Assembly (NCBI GenBank): GCA_039545335.1
Contig: BCIN01000002.1
Coordinates: 3,205,564-3,269,563, forward strand
Source: Kondoa subrosea
Lineage: Eukaryota
Length of the DNA: 64,000 nucleotides
Reading direction: 5' to 3'
A model generated the notes under the pieces. That model saw nothing but the letters and a program-made list of their open reading frames with translations. It was not told the origin of the DNA and ran no database searches. Made by a program: the position numbers and the translations under genes. Shown here piece by piece: positions 25,369 through 39,370 of the stretch; position 1 is the stretch's first letter, and each line of letters starts with the position of its first letter.

Positions 25369-27063
25369 ATGACACTGGAGAATGAGGAGTCTGCGCCCTT
25401 ACTCGATGTAGCTGCCGCGCCAGAGAAGGCTCAGAACGATGGCCTACAACGTGCTCTGGTCTACGCGCTGTTCTTTGTCTTAGGTAAGCACATCAAGCGC
25501 TGCAGGTTCAAAAGATGGTGATCTGAATCAAGGTGGAATCACACTACTCTTCTGGAATACAATTATGTTAGCAGATGTCTGTTCCCATGACTGGCCCTCA
25601 TGCTTTCCGCAGAGTCGCTTCAGCATATTATGGTGTCAGGCTACGCGGATCAGTATTCGAGAATTCGCACATGAGCTGGATCTCTTTTGTTGGTACTACA
25701 AGCAACCTCTTTTTTCTATGGGTAGCCAACCGCTCACAGCAAGACGTAAGCGCACTACCAGTGAACCTGAACCACCTCTCACGATCAGCAGTCGAAACCT
25801 ATGCATCGGATCGTCGCTTCCACAAGCCTGATCATCGCTGTACATGCGGTGCTTGCTCTTTCGGCGTTGGCTGACAAGCTCAGCGCTAAGTAAGCTGATC
25901 CTCTCTTCGCAAGTCGTGACTGAAAAACGCCTTTGCATAGTTCTTTCTTTGCTCTACTCATGCTGTTAAGTTTGCTGGGCTCGCTAGGCACTTCATACCT
26001 ACAGAATGCATCTAGTAAGCCGCATCTCGCATATATCTATCACACCTAATTGCTTTGTGAAGTCGCGCTCTCCTCATACTTCTCGCCAGTCTATGTCCAA
26101 GCCATCTTTGCAGGTCAAGGTGCCGTAGGCGTAGGAGTCTCTCTCGTTCAGCTGTCAGCAGCGGCCGGTACATCTCAAAGCCAATCATCTGCAATGAGCA
26201 TCGAATACGACAATGTGGTGAAGAGATCAGCCGCCATCTTCTTTTTCGTCGCAGCAGCTTTTGCTCTTAGTGGTCTTCTCTTACATCTCAGTCTTACTCG
26301 TCTCCCATTTTATCGACGCAAGATCAGAGAAGCAGCAGCTCATTTAAACGATGGAAACAAAGCAGAACATATTCCTCTTGGACGTGTAGAACGGAAGATT
26401 CGAACACTCGGAATAGCAGTTTTTGGTATCTTTGCTGTCACTTTGGCCGTCTTCCCCTCTATCACAACTGCAATTCAAAGTGTAAAACCAAACCCGGAAA
26501 CGGGATCAATCTATAATCCTGCTCTGTTCATTCCGATTGGGTTCTTGATCTTTAACATGGGTGATTGGATGGGAAGAGGACTAGCTGCTGTACCTGCTCT
26601 GGGATTCCGTGGAGCAAAAGCATTGACAATAGCTAGTGCAGCAAGAGCTGTCTTCATCGTGAGTAGGAATTGCAGTGATCGCCTTCGATTAATTAATTGC
26701 TTCCATCGCGCTCACAGCCTCTGTTCCTTCTGTGTAACGTCGTAGTCGCAAATCAAACAAGGTCTACGGTTCCTCTCATCAACTCAGATTTAGGTGAGAC
26801 GATTCTTGCGACAAGGATGATTCATCACTCACAGAAATATAGCTTTCCTTCTGATCATGTTCTTCTTCGCGATAACAAATGGTTGGATTTCGACTCTGAT
26901 CTTCATGAGCTGTGTCACGCAATCTTCGCTCGAGGGATCGCAGGAGAAGGAATTGGCGGGCAGCATTCTGATTTTCTACCTATCGTGCGGCTTGTCAGTG
27001 GGGAGCGTACTGTCTTTTGCGACAAGAGCAGCGGTTTGTCAATGTAATCCATTTGTAGCATAG
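25369..27063 (+). CDS. Equilibrative nucleoside transporter (ENT/Fun26-like)
   Basis: FFVLGGITLLFWNTII, YLQNA, GQGAVG, FAVTLAVFPSIT, FLIFNMGDWMGR, FAITNGW; many TM segments; N-terminal EESAPLL dileucine-like motif. Confidence 0.88.
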
Positions 27064-27192
27064 AATTTCTGTACAACATAGTGTAAAAAGGATTTATACA
27101 TTGCTTCGTGTCATCTAAATTTGGTTGCTAGAGAGAAAGGAAAAGAGTCCATAGTACAAGCATGATCATCCGATAATACAATGAAGCCACCC

Positions 27193-27212
27193 AAAAAAAA
27201 AAAAAAAAAAAA
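27193..27212. repeat. Poly(A) homopolymer (~20 nt) between convergent 3' ends
   Basis: Direct inspection. Confidence 0.8.
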
Positions 27213-27269
27213 CGACATTACACCAAATCGATACAATTCCTTTTCTCACTTGCTTTGAATTCCTTGCAA

Positions 27270-29942
27270 TCATAAATCTGTTGCTGTCATCGAACTCCTC
27301 CTTCTTCTTGTGCTTCTCGTGTTCTTAGCTGGGAGAGAAGCTACTGCAGTGGAAGGAAGAAGAAAAGCGTCAGGTTGCTGAACTTGAACAGATTGTGTTT
27401 TCGTTCTTCGCTTGTTGGTTACTCGTTGAGGTAACCTTGTCGGAGAAGGATTCGCTGCCGCACTAGGTGGTCTTGCAGTCGCTTTCGTCTCGCTTGGCGA
27501 ATTTCCAGCAGACTGGGCAGACAAATTTCCTCCACTAGCTGATCTTGGTCCAGCTCTCAAATTGTAGCGTTCCGATCCGTTCGTAGGCGTAACAGAATCA
27601 GCTTGATTAAACATACTGCCTAAATCTTTGACAGCTTTCGATCTCGGTACGCTTCCACCTGGCGATCTTTGCGTTTGCTGACCGGCAGCAGATCGATTGT
27701 AATCGTTTGAAGAAGAAAGTGGTGCTTTGCCTTTTGGTCTCGCTGCTGCACTAACACTTCTCGTATGCGCTCTCCCACTTGAAGCAGCTCTTGCAGGTGG
27801 AACAACTTCTTCCAGACTTGCCGAAGGTGTGATTTCCCTTTCGAGCGGCGATGCAGAAGTACTTGCTTTTGGCGCTGGATCGACCAAATGCATAGCAACA
27901 GCAGTAGCCGAGTCGATCTGCATCTCATCCTCTTCTTGTGGCATTGGAGCAGCATCTTTAACCAACATGAGTTCATCTGCTGGATCTGCAGATTCGTCGT
28001 TGTTTTCAGGTAAAGCCACAGCATGCCTCGATTTGGCTCCCGGCGTTTTCCTCGGTTGCCCTGGTACTTGAGCTTGTTCTGCTGGTTTCGTTACCGGTAC
28101 GCCGACAGTAGCTTGAATCTCAGTTTCGGAAGGTGGTGTATCTGGTCTTTGTATTGTTGAAGTACCAGTAATATGTAGAGGAAGGGATCGAGTGACGCCC
28201 ATTGCTGAGTCGACAGCAGACCAACGGACCCATTCGTATTGATTTGTATAAAGGTAATGCTGTTGAGGTCTGTACATTACAAGGCCGGGTCCAGATCAGC
28301 TTGGATTCTAGCCAACGCGCCCTATACGCACCCAACCACACAACCAGGTCTCATGAACCTTTGAAACGCTATCGCCTCATTTGCAGTGAAACCCCATTTA
28401 TAGATCATAAAAGCGCCAATGAGAGTTCCAGTTCGACCAAGACCAGCTTTACAATGCACAGCGACCACGCCTGTGGAAGAATTCGACACCAATAAGCTCG
28501 GCACAGCCAAAGTGAAGCAACCTTTCGCACCTCCATTCCGTATTGTATGATCTGAAACATCAATGAATTCTCTACATTGCTCCATGGTAGGGTTCGTGCC
28601 ATCTTCGAAGAACACTGTGCAAGCGCAACGTGACAAAATCAGCTAAGCCTGATACTCGTACACGTTTGACGCACTCTCCAGATGCTGCATCCCCAAATCG
28701 GTAAAGTGTTTCGAATTGTATAATTTCTTGTTGAGTCTGTCATGGGACATCTTTCGTTAGCACGTAGATAGTCTAACACAGATCAGTCCGACTGACCTAA
28801 TGACCATCTTTACATTCTTCTTCTCAAATTGATCCAAAACGTTTCTAAAGGATTTGGGTAATCTTTGGTTCGCAGCTGGACTAGCGGGCGGTTCATTTGA
28901 GTTTGCAGCAGAAGAGGAAGAATAGCCTGGTTCTACAGGACTAGCGAAAGCCAAGAATTGAGGAGTGATGAACTGTTCATGCCGCACGTCGATCTCAGCA
29001 ACAAATTTTGCAGATAGTCAAGAGACACGAACGTTCCAATCCCCATTTTCGACCTTTTCATACATCTCATACTCCCTGACATCGAATTCATCCAGTTTCA
29101 GTAATCGTAAATCAATGGCTTTCTTGATTCCAAACAAGCAGTCTTGAATTGATAGATGGAAATCAGCTCGAGCATATCCAGCATCTCTGAAAGGTTTCTG
29201 TTCGGCATCTATGTTTAAGCTGCAAGTCAGCTGACCAACGAAGAACGACGAACCGTTTCTAGGCATGCTATAGGATGTAACGCTTCGGCTGGTGTCCACC
29301 TCAGTACGACGGCCTGTCAGTTACAAGTAACGTTCAACACGGCACGGTTCACGAAGTTGAATGTGACTGACAGCATATAAAGATATCAGTAAAGCAGCAT
29401 TGGCTTTCTTATCCGATTCATCAGAAGAATAGAGAATGATGCGTTTGCCTGCTAGAGTTTGATCTTCCAGTAGACTATGGAGATGTAGAGAGAAGCGATA
29501 GAACATGGCCACATTGAGCTATTGTTCCGCGATATATAAGCTGAATGGAACGATCGGGTGAGGTGAAAACGTACTGGACCCCAATCTTGGTAGAAAGACA
29601 GATAGACCTGTAGATTGACCAAAAGCCTGAGCACAGATAGTACTATTGTCCAGGACAACCTACTAGAGCAGCATCTACTGTAAAGAAGTGACAATCATCC
29701 GTTTGCTTATTGAGTGTTTCAGCATCTGGCGTAGGTGCATGGAAGTAGGTGTATGCTAGGCTGTAAGCAATACGGCACAATCAAGGTCTGTGATCGACCA
29801 GATAGCCCAAACACGTACCGAGTGCCATAACTACATAAGGGTCTATTATGCAAAGCATCAAACATGAGATCAGCTCCTCCTACTTCGCCAGATTAAGAGC
29901 GCACCCATTAGGTTCTATCCGTTCTGTTTGCTCTTCTAGCAT
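27270..29942 (-). CDS. CDC14: Dual-specificity phosphatase Cdc14, multi-exon (start codon tentative)
   Basis: YLSFYQDWGP, KKANAALL, PFRDAGYARADF, YEKVENGDWN, FEDGTNP, catalytic VAVHCKAGLGRTGTLI, RFMRPGCVVGPQQHYL. Confidence 0.93.
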
Positions 29943-30438
29943 GGTAGTCGAGCTTGATGGAAGAGGTAATGGGGATGCTTCGCGGCTTGAAGCAGCACTT
30001 TCAGTCATTTGTTCGCTGTTCTCACCTGTTCAGCATTGTTTTTACTGTATGCTCCACTGTGATGCTCACTCGAGATCTGTCATATCCGTATAAAGAAAAT
30101 ACAAAGATTCGATAAAAGTCGTTCGACCCAAGCGAATTCAAGGGTTGGGAAGCGCTGCTGGCTGATCTGCTGATGGTATCACCAAAGCTCCTTCAAGGGG
30201 CCTGATAGCAAGAGAGATGAGCGCGCGCGGTATAACAAATCAATGACTTTGAAGCGTTTCAAAACAACAGTGTTGCGCGCAAAGGTTGCGAAACGGGCAT
30301 GTCCGGTAAAGTCAAGTATCTCAGGCAGTCACCGCTAGGTGGAGCGTTGAATTGTACACACAAGCTGCCAGAGCTATTATAATGTAAAGCCTTCGCAGAA
30401 GACTTCCAAGTTTGAGCACCCCAATATCACCTACCTCT

Positions 30439-32867
30439 TCAAGAAAGGTGCAACGAGTTATGCATCGAGCGTCTCGCTTTAGCTGCAGTCTTAAGAGTGT
30501 AGAAAGACATCTAGAACAACAGTAGCTCAGCAAACGTGTTCTGAGCAGAAACACAGAAAGAGAGACATACTCCGCCAGCACCACCGCAATAAGTCTTGTT
30601 ATCTCCAGAGCAAGACATATCACAAGCAGCGCCAGCTTTGGCTCCATTTTGAATGGAATTGTCGCCTGTACGCCAGAGACAATCAATTGATCTTGAATTC
30701 AACGATCGCTCAAGACGACTGACCATAGCATTCATTAGCGTATCTGTAGATACATCAGCTCAATGAATCGCAATGTATCAATTGCAGCTTACTCAACACC
30801 GCCTACAAAGCAACTTTATCAGGATTCCATCCTTTTCGCACATGAGGAATATCAACTTACAATACTTGTAATTCTTCGCTTTGCAAGCTTGTAAACAGTT
30901 CGGTACAGTCATTGTAGTACCGGAAACAGTCAATTTGTTTCTCAAACTTCTAGCTGAAATATTATCCGTCAAACAAGAAGTGTACTTGTAATTCGAATCG
31001 CCCATATAAATAGATACGCCAGATAATGTTCGAACACCAGGCGGTGGCATTTTGGAAGTGTACGCAACAGGTCTATATAGCACAGAAATATCAGCTACAT
31101 CCTTGATTTAAGCAAATGAGGGAGACATACTTTGGAAAGAATTTAGGTGGCTTGGATTCGATCATCTTTGTTGCTCGTTTAGTACCTTTAGTGATTGGAT
31201 TGTTACCTGGCAACTTCTTCAAAACACCAGTAACGCGTTCATTGACCGTAGGAGAACGTTTGCAAGAAATTTGTTGCTGCAAGTGAAGAACTGGACAGTC
31301 TTCCACTCTTCCGCTGTCGTTAGTGCAGGCATCGACTGCTTTCTGTAGAGTACTTGGGTTCCAGCCATCTATAATCATTTTGACTTATGATGACCGAGGC
31401 GGAGATAAGCACTGACTCATGAAATCGCCCTGTATGTGTTGTTTCGAGCGTGAGCAGATTCCTGCAGCATAATTTACCAACATACATGGTAGCTATAGCC
31501 GGAAGGATCGCCATTGGCTACATCGGTTGGCATGAACTTAGTCAACCATTCAAACCGGGCTTGGACTTACAGAAAACGAATTGTCCAGAAAGACCAGCGA
31601 AATCGTTGACATCAAAGTTTCGTTCGATGAAGAGCGACACAATCTATAAATGAAAAGTCTTTGGTATATAGCTACTTGATCAAGGAAAGATCCATACTCG
31701 TTTTGGATGACTCTTGGGACATTTGCCATTACCGTCGGCTTGAGCAGGATATGCAACATGCTACCCTTAAGTTCTCAGCCATCTTCTCTCTCGCAAAATC
31801 GATAGAACGTACCTGTGTATAAGGAGCAACACTCGGTTTTCCATTCCAGCAAGAAGGGACTGTTAAAAAGATGAGCTGATGTCCAATAGAGGACTAAACA
31901 GATCACTCACAGAAGATCTGAGCCCGTAAGCCTCCGCTACATTTACTAGCCGCATTAGCAGGAATCGTATCAGTCTGGCCTCCACCTCCAAGGCATCTGT
32001 TCATTCCGTCAACCTGCTTTTGAAGGGGATTGATAATAGGACGTACACGAAGCTGACTGATTTACGTTTCTGGAAGTCTGCGCCTTCATCACTTCGGATC
32101 ATAGAATCGCCAGCCTGTGAATTCACTTTTCTCCAAAACACTCGATGTGCGAAAGAGAAGGAAAACCGACGATCATCTTGAAATCCTTTGGAAACGCATT
32201 TACTTTCTCTCCCATACCTCGGAACAGGTAATATGCTAATCTGTGGTTAATGAAGTTAGCACAAAACTTAATGTTGCTAATTTATAAAACTTACATGCCA
32301 TCGCCTTTCACTGCCGAGAAAGATCCGTTTGAATGAGAGAAGAAGAGCGTAGGTGTCCAACTAGGCAGGTATATAAGCACGCAAGTTCGAGATGTGATTA
32401 GATCTGCTTACTAAACACTCTTGTCTGTTGATCCATCTTATCAGCTGTCTCATTTCCAATGAGATGCAGACTAACCTTCTACAGCAGTGGCAGTGGTACA
32501 CAAGCTAAAGTTCTCACTTGTCACTATTGTCCGCAATGCACCTGCAAAGATAGCTTACCTCTTCTGCAATTCCGCCGCACTGGACGGTTTTGAATTGAAA
32601 GACGAGCCACCGAAAACACCATGCAAATGAGCAGAGACTCGACCAGGGTCGATAAGTGGGTCCAATCGTTCCTAAATCACAAATCAATCTCCTTTTCTCC
32701 CACATTGACTATATAGAAGGTTTGACGAACCTCAGTCAAGATTTGTACTGGCATACTATTCGGATATGAGTGTTTGAGATATAGACGCTTGAGATATAGA
32801 CTCACCGGAAGAAAGCGTTGGATAAGGTAAAGACGGAGAACAGCACCAGGCTGTATTGAGGAATCAT
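30439..32867 (-). CDS. Secreted DUF1996 + WSC domain protein, multi-exon
   Basis: Signal MIPQYSLVLFSVFTLSNAFFRM; ERLDPLIDPGRVSAHLHGVFGG; PSCWNG; C-terminal WSC motif YTSCLTDNISARSL...MTVPNCLQAC...CDMSCSGD.KTYCGG. Confidence 0.85.
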
Positions 32868-33531
32868 ATCTAGACAAAACGAGTGTTGATGAAAAGAGAG
32901 AGTGAGGTGTTGGGTTGGAAAGAGAGAGAGAGAGAGCAGAAGAATGTACTCCGTCACCCGTGGGCAAGGAGGTTCGAGCCTAAGGAAAGTTCCGACGGAA
33001 GGGACCTTCTATACATGGGTCTCAAGAAGCGTCTCAGCATGAGATAGATTTGAGGGGCGTTAATATCTAGCCGTTGTTCTGGTTTTCGAGGGGCACCTAA
33101 CAATCGTAATCAAGAGAGTTGACATGACATTGAGCGAAATAGTCAAGCTATTGAATTTCCGCAGACACGGTTGATGCACCAGGCTGAATGCAAGCCCAAA
33201 CAATGATGAAAGGAAAGTCCTATAAGACAACAGGACGGAACCAATGAAGAACTTTGTATCCTCTTCGAAATTGAGAGATTCGATGTGTCATCGCGTAGTT
33301 CCGAATGTAAAATTTCGCTGACGGCGGATATGAGTCCACGCTCGAACAAAAGGAAGCAAAAGAATGCTGTACTATCAGCTGGTCGCGTTGGCAGTATCAG
33401 GTTAAGCTCGAGATTTCATAATTCGGATCTGTCATTCACTGACGGCCATACACTTTACTCGCAAGTCTGTCTGCGTCTTTCTATCAACATCTTCGGTGCA
33501 TTGCTTCCTATCTCAACGTATCAGCCCGACA

Positions 33532-34531
33532 ATGGTTCTCTCGACAATGATTGCTCGCACAGACGGGTTGCCCTTGGCCGCATCAGTAGATGACGAGCAG
33601 GTGCTTCATCTTCTCATCTGCTTCTCTCTACCTCAGTCGCTCATGATACACCCCTCTCTCTTCTGATTGATAGACGGAAAGTAACCTAGGCGAATACAAA
33701 CAGCAAGCGAAACTCATTTTTCGACGTTTGACACCTCAATCCGAACCCAAATGTTCAATAGATTCAGGAAACTATTCACTACAGTCCGTTCATACTGCTT
33801 CTCAGTCATGTTCAATGACTTAGGAACGGTTGGTTTGAATGGATAGTTATCTGATCAATAACGATATAGTGTACCTTACTATTGCGGATAAGAGTTATCC
33901 TAGGAAACTAGCTTTTTCTTACTTGGATGAATTGTCAAAAGAATTTGAAAGATCTTTCGGCGGTCAGTCTAATATCAACTTGTACCCGCTGCTTTGTTCT
34001 AGCTTACAATTGATGGATTGACAGACGAGAGTAGGAAACCTGGGCTAAGACCTTATGCATTCGTCAAGTTTGACAGCTTCATACAACGAACGAAACGACT
34101 GTATCAAGATTCGAGGTAAGCCCAAGATTTCCTTTGTCCTTATACGAGACTTCTTTTACTCATGAAAACATGTAGGAATATCACTGCGAAACAAGGCGCG
34201 AATGGATTAGATAAGCTGAATGAAGAATTACAAGATGTAACGAGAATCATGACCAAGAATGTGAGTAATTATCCCCTCTCTTCCCTCTCTCTCCCCTTTC
34301 TCGTTGCTTCATGAAGTTGACATAGAGGGAGAATAGATGGAAGATTTACTTTGGCGTGGTGATTCGTTAGATAGGATGTCTACGCTTTCTACTTCCCTGA
34401 GAGACGAATCCCTCAAATATCGAAAAGCGGCAAAGAAAGTCAACACAGATGCTTTGATTAGGAAATGGGCCCCAGTTGGAGTAATCGGACTTATGTTCTT
34501 TTTGGTTTTATGGTGGAGAGCTAGATTTTAG
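33532..34531 (+). CDS. SEC22: R-SNARE Sec22 (longin + synaptobrevin domain)
   Basis: IARTDGLPLAASVDDEQ, SYPRKLAFSYLDEL, RPYAFVKFD.FIQRTKRLY, LQDVTRIMTKNMEDLLWRGDSLDRM, C-terminal TM. Confidence 0.95.
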
Positions 34532-34650
34532 ACTCATTTAAGTTGAAAAGGCGACATTGGTTTTGGAAGTGTATATAGAGCATTGTTATGGCATAGATAT
34601 GATTTTGGATATGACTAAACTTACATGAAACTTATATAATATGCTACCAT

Positions 34651-37159
34651 TCAATCAGATTTAGTCCCTCCTCCCGCAGAAACGTGTTCTTTATGCAAAT
34701 TCCGTCTAGGATCATCACTCGTTTCCGCTGAGATAGCTCTTGCCAAAGCGAGGAAGGCTAGAAGTAAGAAAGCGACAAAAGCTAAGATGGCCAACATTGC
34801 GTGTTCAGCGACCAAAGACTGTAAGCATCATTAATTCATCAGATATAGGATTCATCAGACATTCATTAGCTACTTACGACTAATCCTTCTGCAGAATCGT
34901 TGAATGCCTGTGCAACATCGGAAGCGAAACATCAGATGCAAGCTGAATCACTTCTGGCAACAACGCACCGAACCAAATTTATCCACTAAACCTTTACTAG
35001 ATCGACTCTTCAATTGTCCGGCGACAATCTGATCTATAGCACTGAATAATTGCTCCTCCTTCAGACCGAGGAGTAGGCCTTGAGCGTCTTTGTTCCAATA
35101 AGTAAGTTTCTAGGCGTACATAATCAGCTACGCGAAGCGAAAGGAGACGCGAGATTCGGTCGGATACCTTTGGATTAGCTACAATCAACTGAGGTTCGTC
35201 TGAATTCTCATATCCATACATGCTCTTCAGCCATTTCTCCCAGTTAAGCGCGTCAGTCTGTCCAAAACCCAGGAATCAATCAGTAATGTGCTTTACTGAT
35301 CGTCCCGGAAAACGGACCCAAACAAAGACCACTTGTTTACCCCATCTTTCTCTTCGAGGAAAATCGTTATTCAAACTTTCAGCCAACCTTCTTAAGTCGT
35401 TTTGTGCACCACCATGTTTCTTTGGATCAAGTGGAGCAAGAACTAACAAGTATTCTTGATCCAAGCGAGGAGAAAGGTAATAATCAGAAGTCGTGCTCGA
35501 TAATTCACCAAAAGTAGGGAAAGAATTCATTCGCATCCATTGTTTCAATTCATACCTTTCATCACCTTTTTCTAAAGGTCGTAATGAATAAGGATTTGCA
35601 GAATGGGATTTGAAAGTCAAGAGGAAAGCTTGATCTGGTGTAAGATTGAATTTCTGGTAGAATTCCGAAGAATTGGAATAATAGAGCTCGTAAGAACCAA
35701 AGGAAGATCGAGTAATCTGATCCAAGGTTGATTGTAATTCAGGTTGAGGTTCAGGTGAGAGGTAAAGGAAGAAAGTTTCGCTCTTCGATAGCATCTCATC
35801 GAAATTAGCAGGTGTTAGACTCTGTACGCCATGACTGTATCGATAGCTCAAACAAGAAACAGAAAATAAGAAGCGGTTACGAACGAAGTTGCGGCATTCC
35901 TGGCAAAGTCTGACATTGCCTTTAGTGTTCTGGCGCCGTTGTATTCTAGCTTCTCTCCCTCGTTGAAGCTGAGGCGAAGATTTTCGTCAGCTAGAAATAT
36001 CCGCAACATATATAGACTCACAAGATCAAACTAGGATAACCTCGAATGCCATGTTTCTTGCAGGCAGGTTTCGAATCAGTATCTTCGCAATCAACTGCAG
36101 CGACATCAACTATCGATTTGAGCTCTGCTGCTACTTTCTCCCAGGCTGTAGAGCAATGCGATACTGAGCTGAGTGTTCTGTTTGCTAAATTTAGACGCAC
36201 TCGGTGCTAATTTCTTGCAATGACCACACCAAGGAGCAAAGCTATGGCAGTTTCAGCTTATATGCAGTGTACTGAAATTTCTACATACAACTTGACAAAG
36301 ATTGGATTTGACTGTCCTAAGTTTGTTGCAGAATTGACATTGATCTTGCCATCTAATTGTTGTGCATTCAGTGTAAGTAGCTTGCCATCTTCGTTGGGTA
36401 TCTTTCTTGCTTGTATCAGTAGTGCAGGTTTCTTCTCCGCTCGGGTTGTAGGTTGAGGTATGCTTTCAGGTATAGATTCGCTCGAGTCCTGCGATATTGA
36501 CGAAGATGCGCTTGAGGATGTCGATTCAGAGGCAGTGAATAATTGAGCTCCGTCGCGTGCACTTTGGGCAGCTGCCAATTCTTCCCTCAACCAAGCAATA
36601 ATCTCATTCTTCTCCCTAGCCTTCTTGAACTCCTTGACCACAACTTCAGTAGATACAGTGTCTTCTTCATCCGCATCTTCATCTTCCGTTGTCTTTTTCA
36701 AGGGAGCGTAGAGCAATAAAGAGGGATAACCTCGAATCTTCTGAGCTTCGCATAGATCTCCATTCGCAACGCAATCTACTTGAGCAAATCCACTGAATGT
36801 ATCGAATTCGTCTATCAATGAAACAGCTTCCGGCGATTCGACCAAGGCATGCCAATCAGGCGCGAAACTAAGAGACACAGAGTTCAATGCACAAAGTCAT
36901 GCTTGATTGAGTGAGTTGAATTTACTGCTTGCAATGCACGCAATAAGGGGAATAGAATTCTAAGCATCGAATTTGAGCCCTGCTGAGCAGAAACAGGGAA
37001 GCTTTAAGGCTGACCTATTAAGTAGGCACCTTCTGCAATTGTTTGATCAAAGATCTTTGCGTTTAATTGCACGCCGGCTGGTACAATTGCTGGCAGAGCT
37101 GCTGCCTGAGCAGTCCGCAGGGTATAAAGCGCTAGGAATGCGGATCTCAGGTAACCCAT
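34651..37159 (-). CDS. Membrane-anchored multi-thioredoxin protein disulfide isomerase (Eps1-like)
   Basis: Signal peptide; EFYSPYCVHCK and FAPWCGHCKKLAP CxxC motifs; AQVDCVANGDLC..QKIRGYP; C-terminal TM ending TKSD*. Confidence 0.85.
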
Positions 37160-37412
37160 TGGCCGTGTCGAGATGAGACTGTCTTCTCTCTCTCATGCGG
37201 CGAGCTCAAGCCTGAGCATGCTCTGTATTTGCGACAGCCGTAGCAGCTACCTGTTACTCCTGACTGCTTGTCTCTTGCTCTGACACCAGCGTCTGCCATG
37301 TGTCTCCGTGCGAGTCCCTTCTTTCGACATCTTACAAGACTAAGCAGCTCTAGCCTATGATGTTCCATTTACTCGTGACCGCATCGCTTCTTTCTTTCTC
37401 TCTTGCACCGTC

Positions 37413-38973
37413 ATGTTATGGATTCGACCCGTTGACGAGCGTTTACACACGCCTGGCCTATTTCCTCTGGTAGCGGTAGTGCTTCCAATCCTCATCTACT
37501 GGCTACCTGCAACTCGATTGCGCCATGTGCTTGCGATGACCACCTGCTTGACTCTATATTTGCTACCCTCATTCTGTGATTCGATGCCGAATTTAATGAT
37601 GAGCGCTGCCCAGGCAAATTACGCATTTGGAATAGGTTGCAATTCTTATATCCATCAACCATCTCACTACTAATAAGGGTCATACAGTATCAAAGTAGTG
37701 TATTTCCTTTGCAAATTTCATCGCAAGGGCTGAGCTTGATTGAAAAGTCTTATCGACCGAATTTGGTTCAGTAACCTGGACAAAGATTTTCAACGCGTTC
37801 TTGGACAGGATGATAACGGAAAGCTGATATACGAACAAGTGCCGGAAGCATTAACTTGGAAACGCTTCAAATGGGCCTGTGAGCTATTCGGCACGTATGT
37901 TGTTTCCTTTCTCTTAAACGCGCGAACGTACTGACTCATTATCAGATACCGAGGTGTTGGATGGAACTTCCGTTCAAAAACCCTACCTGCGCCGAGCAGA
38001 GAAAGCAGGAAACGTTTTGTGATTACCAGAATGCTCAAAGCTGGTTCACTCTTGTTACTGGCCGATCTTCTCTTTGTCCCTCTATCCTACCTGAAATGGC
38101 CTCTCACCGACGTACGAATGAGCCTCATGCAACCTCTTACTCGATGTATATTTCTTGTGATCGCTGCATTGCGGTTTTACGCCTTGATCCTTCCTGTTTA
38201 TATCGTAGGCATATATAGTGATCGAGACATACAAGGCTAAATCATCTTGCTCGCAGTTGTTCGAAGCTTTTCTGGTCTGGGCAAAGATCTATGAACCGAC
38301 TGCATTTGTTGCTCTCTTTGGCTCATTGAAAGATGCGGACAGCGTTCGAAACTTTTGGAACAAGACGTAAGTTCATCTCGCTGCTGTGCTGAGTACTCTT
38401 TGCTGATAGTTCATCTGCAAAGATGGCATCGTGAGTGATTTGGCCTCTAGAATCTTATTATCTAATTGTCAGGTCTTAGAGGCATATCGACGCCCTTTCT
38501 CTCGCATATCACATCGAATACTCAGCGCAATAGGCCTTCCGCCAAATACTTTATCATATGCTATTTTGCATATAACGATAGTCTTTAGTATTTCAGGTAA
38601 AACCTCTTTTGACCAGACAAAGATTCCCCTTATCTGAATGGCTGAATTATCTGATAGGGTTCACTCATATGCATCTGGTGCAACTCATGTCTTCTGCTCA
38701 TTCTGGCTGGGATCAAATCGTTTTCTTCCAATTGCAAGGATTGGCAATCATACTCGAGATGACCGTGGGAAGATGGACGAAGATTCGTCTGCCCAGATGG
38801 ACAGGTTATGTCAGAGTATTCGTTTGGTTCTACTACACTGCTCCTTGGTATGTAGATGAACAATTGCAAGCTGGTTGTAAGTCTCATACAGCTTTCTCTG
38901 TACCGACACTGATCGCTGAGTTTTTTTCATAGGGTGGGCAGAGCCATTAAAAGGGATGATAGTGGATAACTGA
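37413..38973 (+). CDS. MBOAT (wax synthase/TRI7-like) O-acyltransferase, paralog 1; early TGA (homology extends to TAG at 39030)
   Basis: WKRFKWA..L..YRGVGWNF, LFGSL......NFWNKTWHQAYRRP, IVFSISGFTH, IVFFQLQGLAIILE. Confidence 0.82.
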
Positions 38974-39370
38974 ATGAAGCAGAAGGGCTATAAGAACTAT
39001 GATTCATTGATACGTGAGCTTGCAAGATAGGATTCTGCGACCGATCGAACTCTGCAATGTCAGGTTTGCACGGTGATTAGGGACTTGTGCAATTCGAGAT
39101 CGCCTATTGTAATCTCCGCCGGAAAGACCAGCACTACAGTATGACAGACTCGACATATTCAGTGTTCGTCCGAGACTACCGCTACTGAGAGTTGCTTCAC
39201 CTATGCCCCTTCTGAGCTCAGTAGGATCGTCAGGCTCGTGGTCACTTGTTCACCAAGCTCTGACAACTGCATGCTCACGTTGATCGTTGCGAAACTTCTA
39301 CCGTACCGTCGAACCTCTTGGTAGCCTCTGACTGTTTCTGGGCTCTGTTGTCTTTTCTCCTCGTACAATC

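Noticed and set aside
27193..27212. Poly(A) tract as a retroelement tail
   Set aside because: No target-site duplication or adjacent element-like sequence; sits in a convergent 3' UTR region
32960..33010. GGTTCGAGCC B-box/T-loop-like motif (similar motifs at ~30121 and ~49263)
   Set aside because: No cloverleaf, acceptor stem or D-arm could be folded around it, so not called a tRNA
36900..36967. Apparent start ATG CTT AGA ATT for the PDI gene
   Set aside because: It lies at an intron/exon junction; the real frame is EFYSPYCVHCK and the start is upstream at 37159
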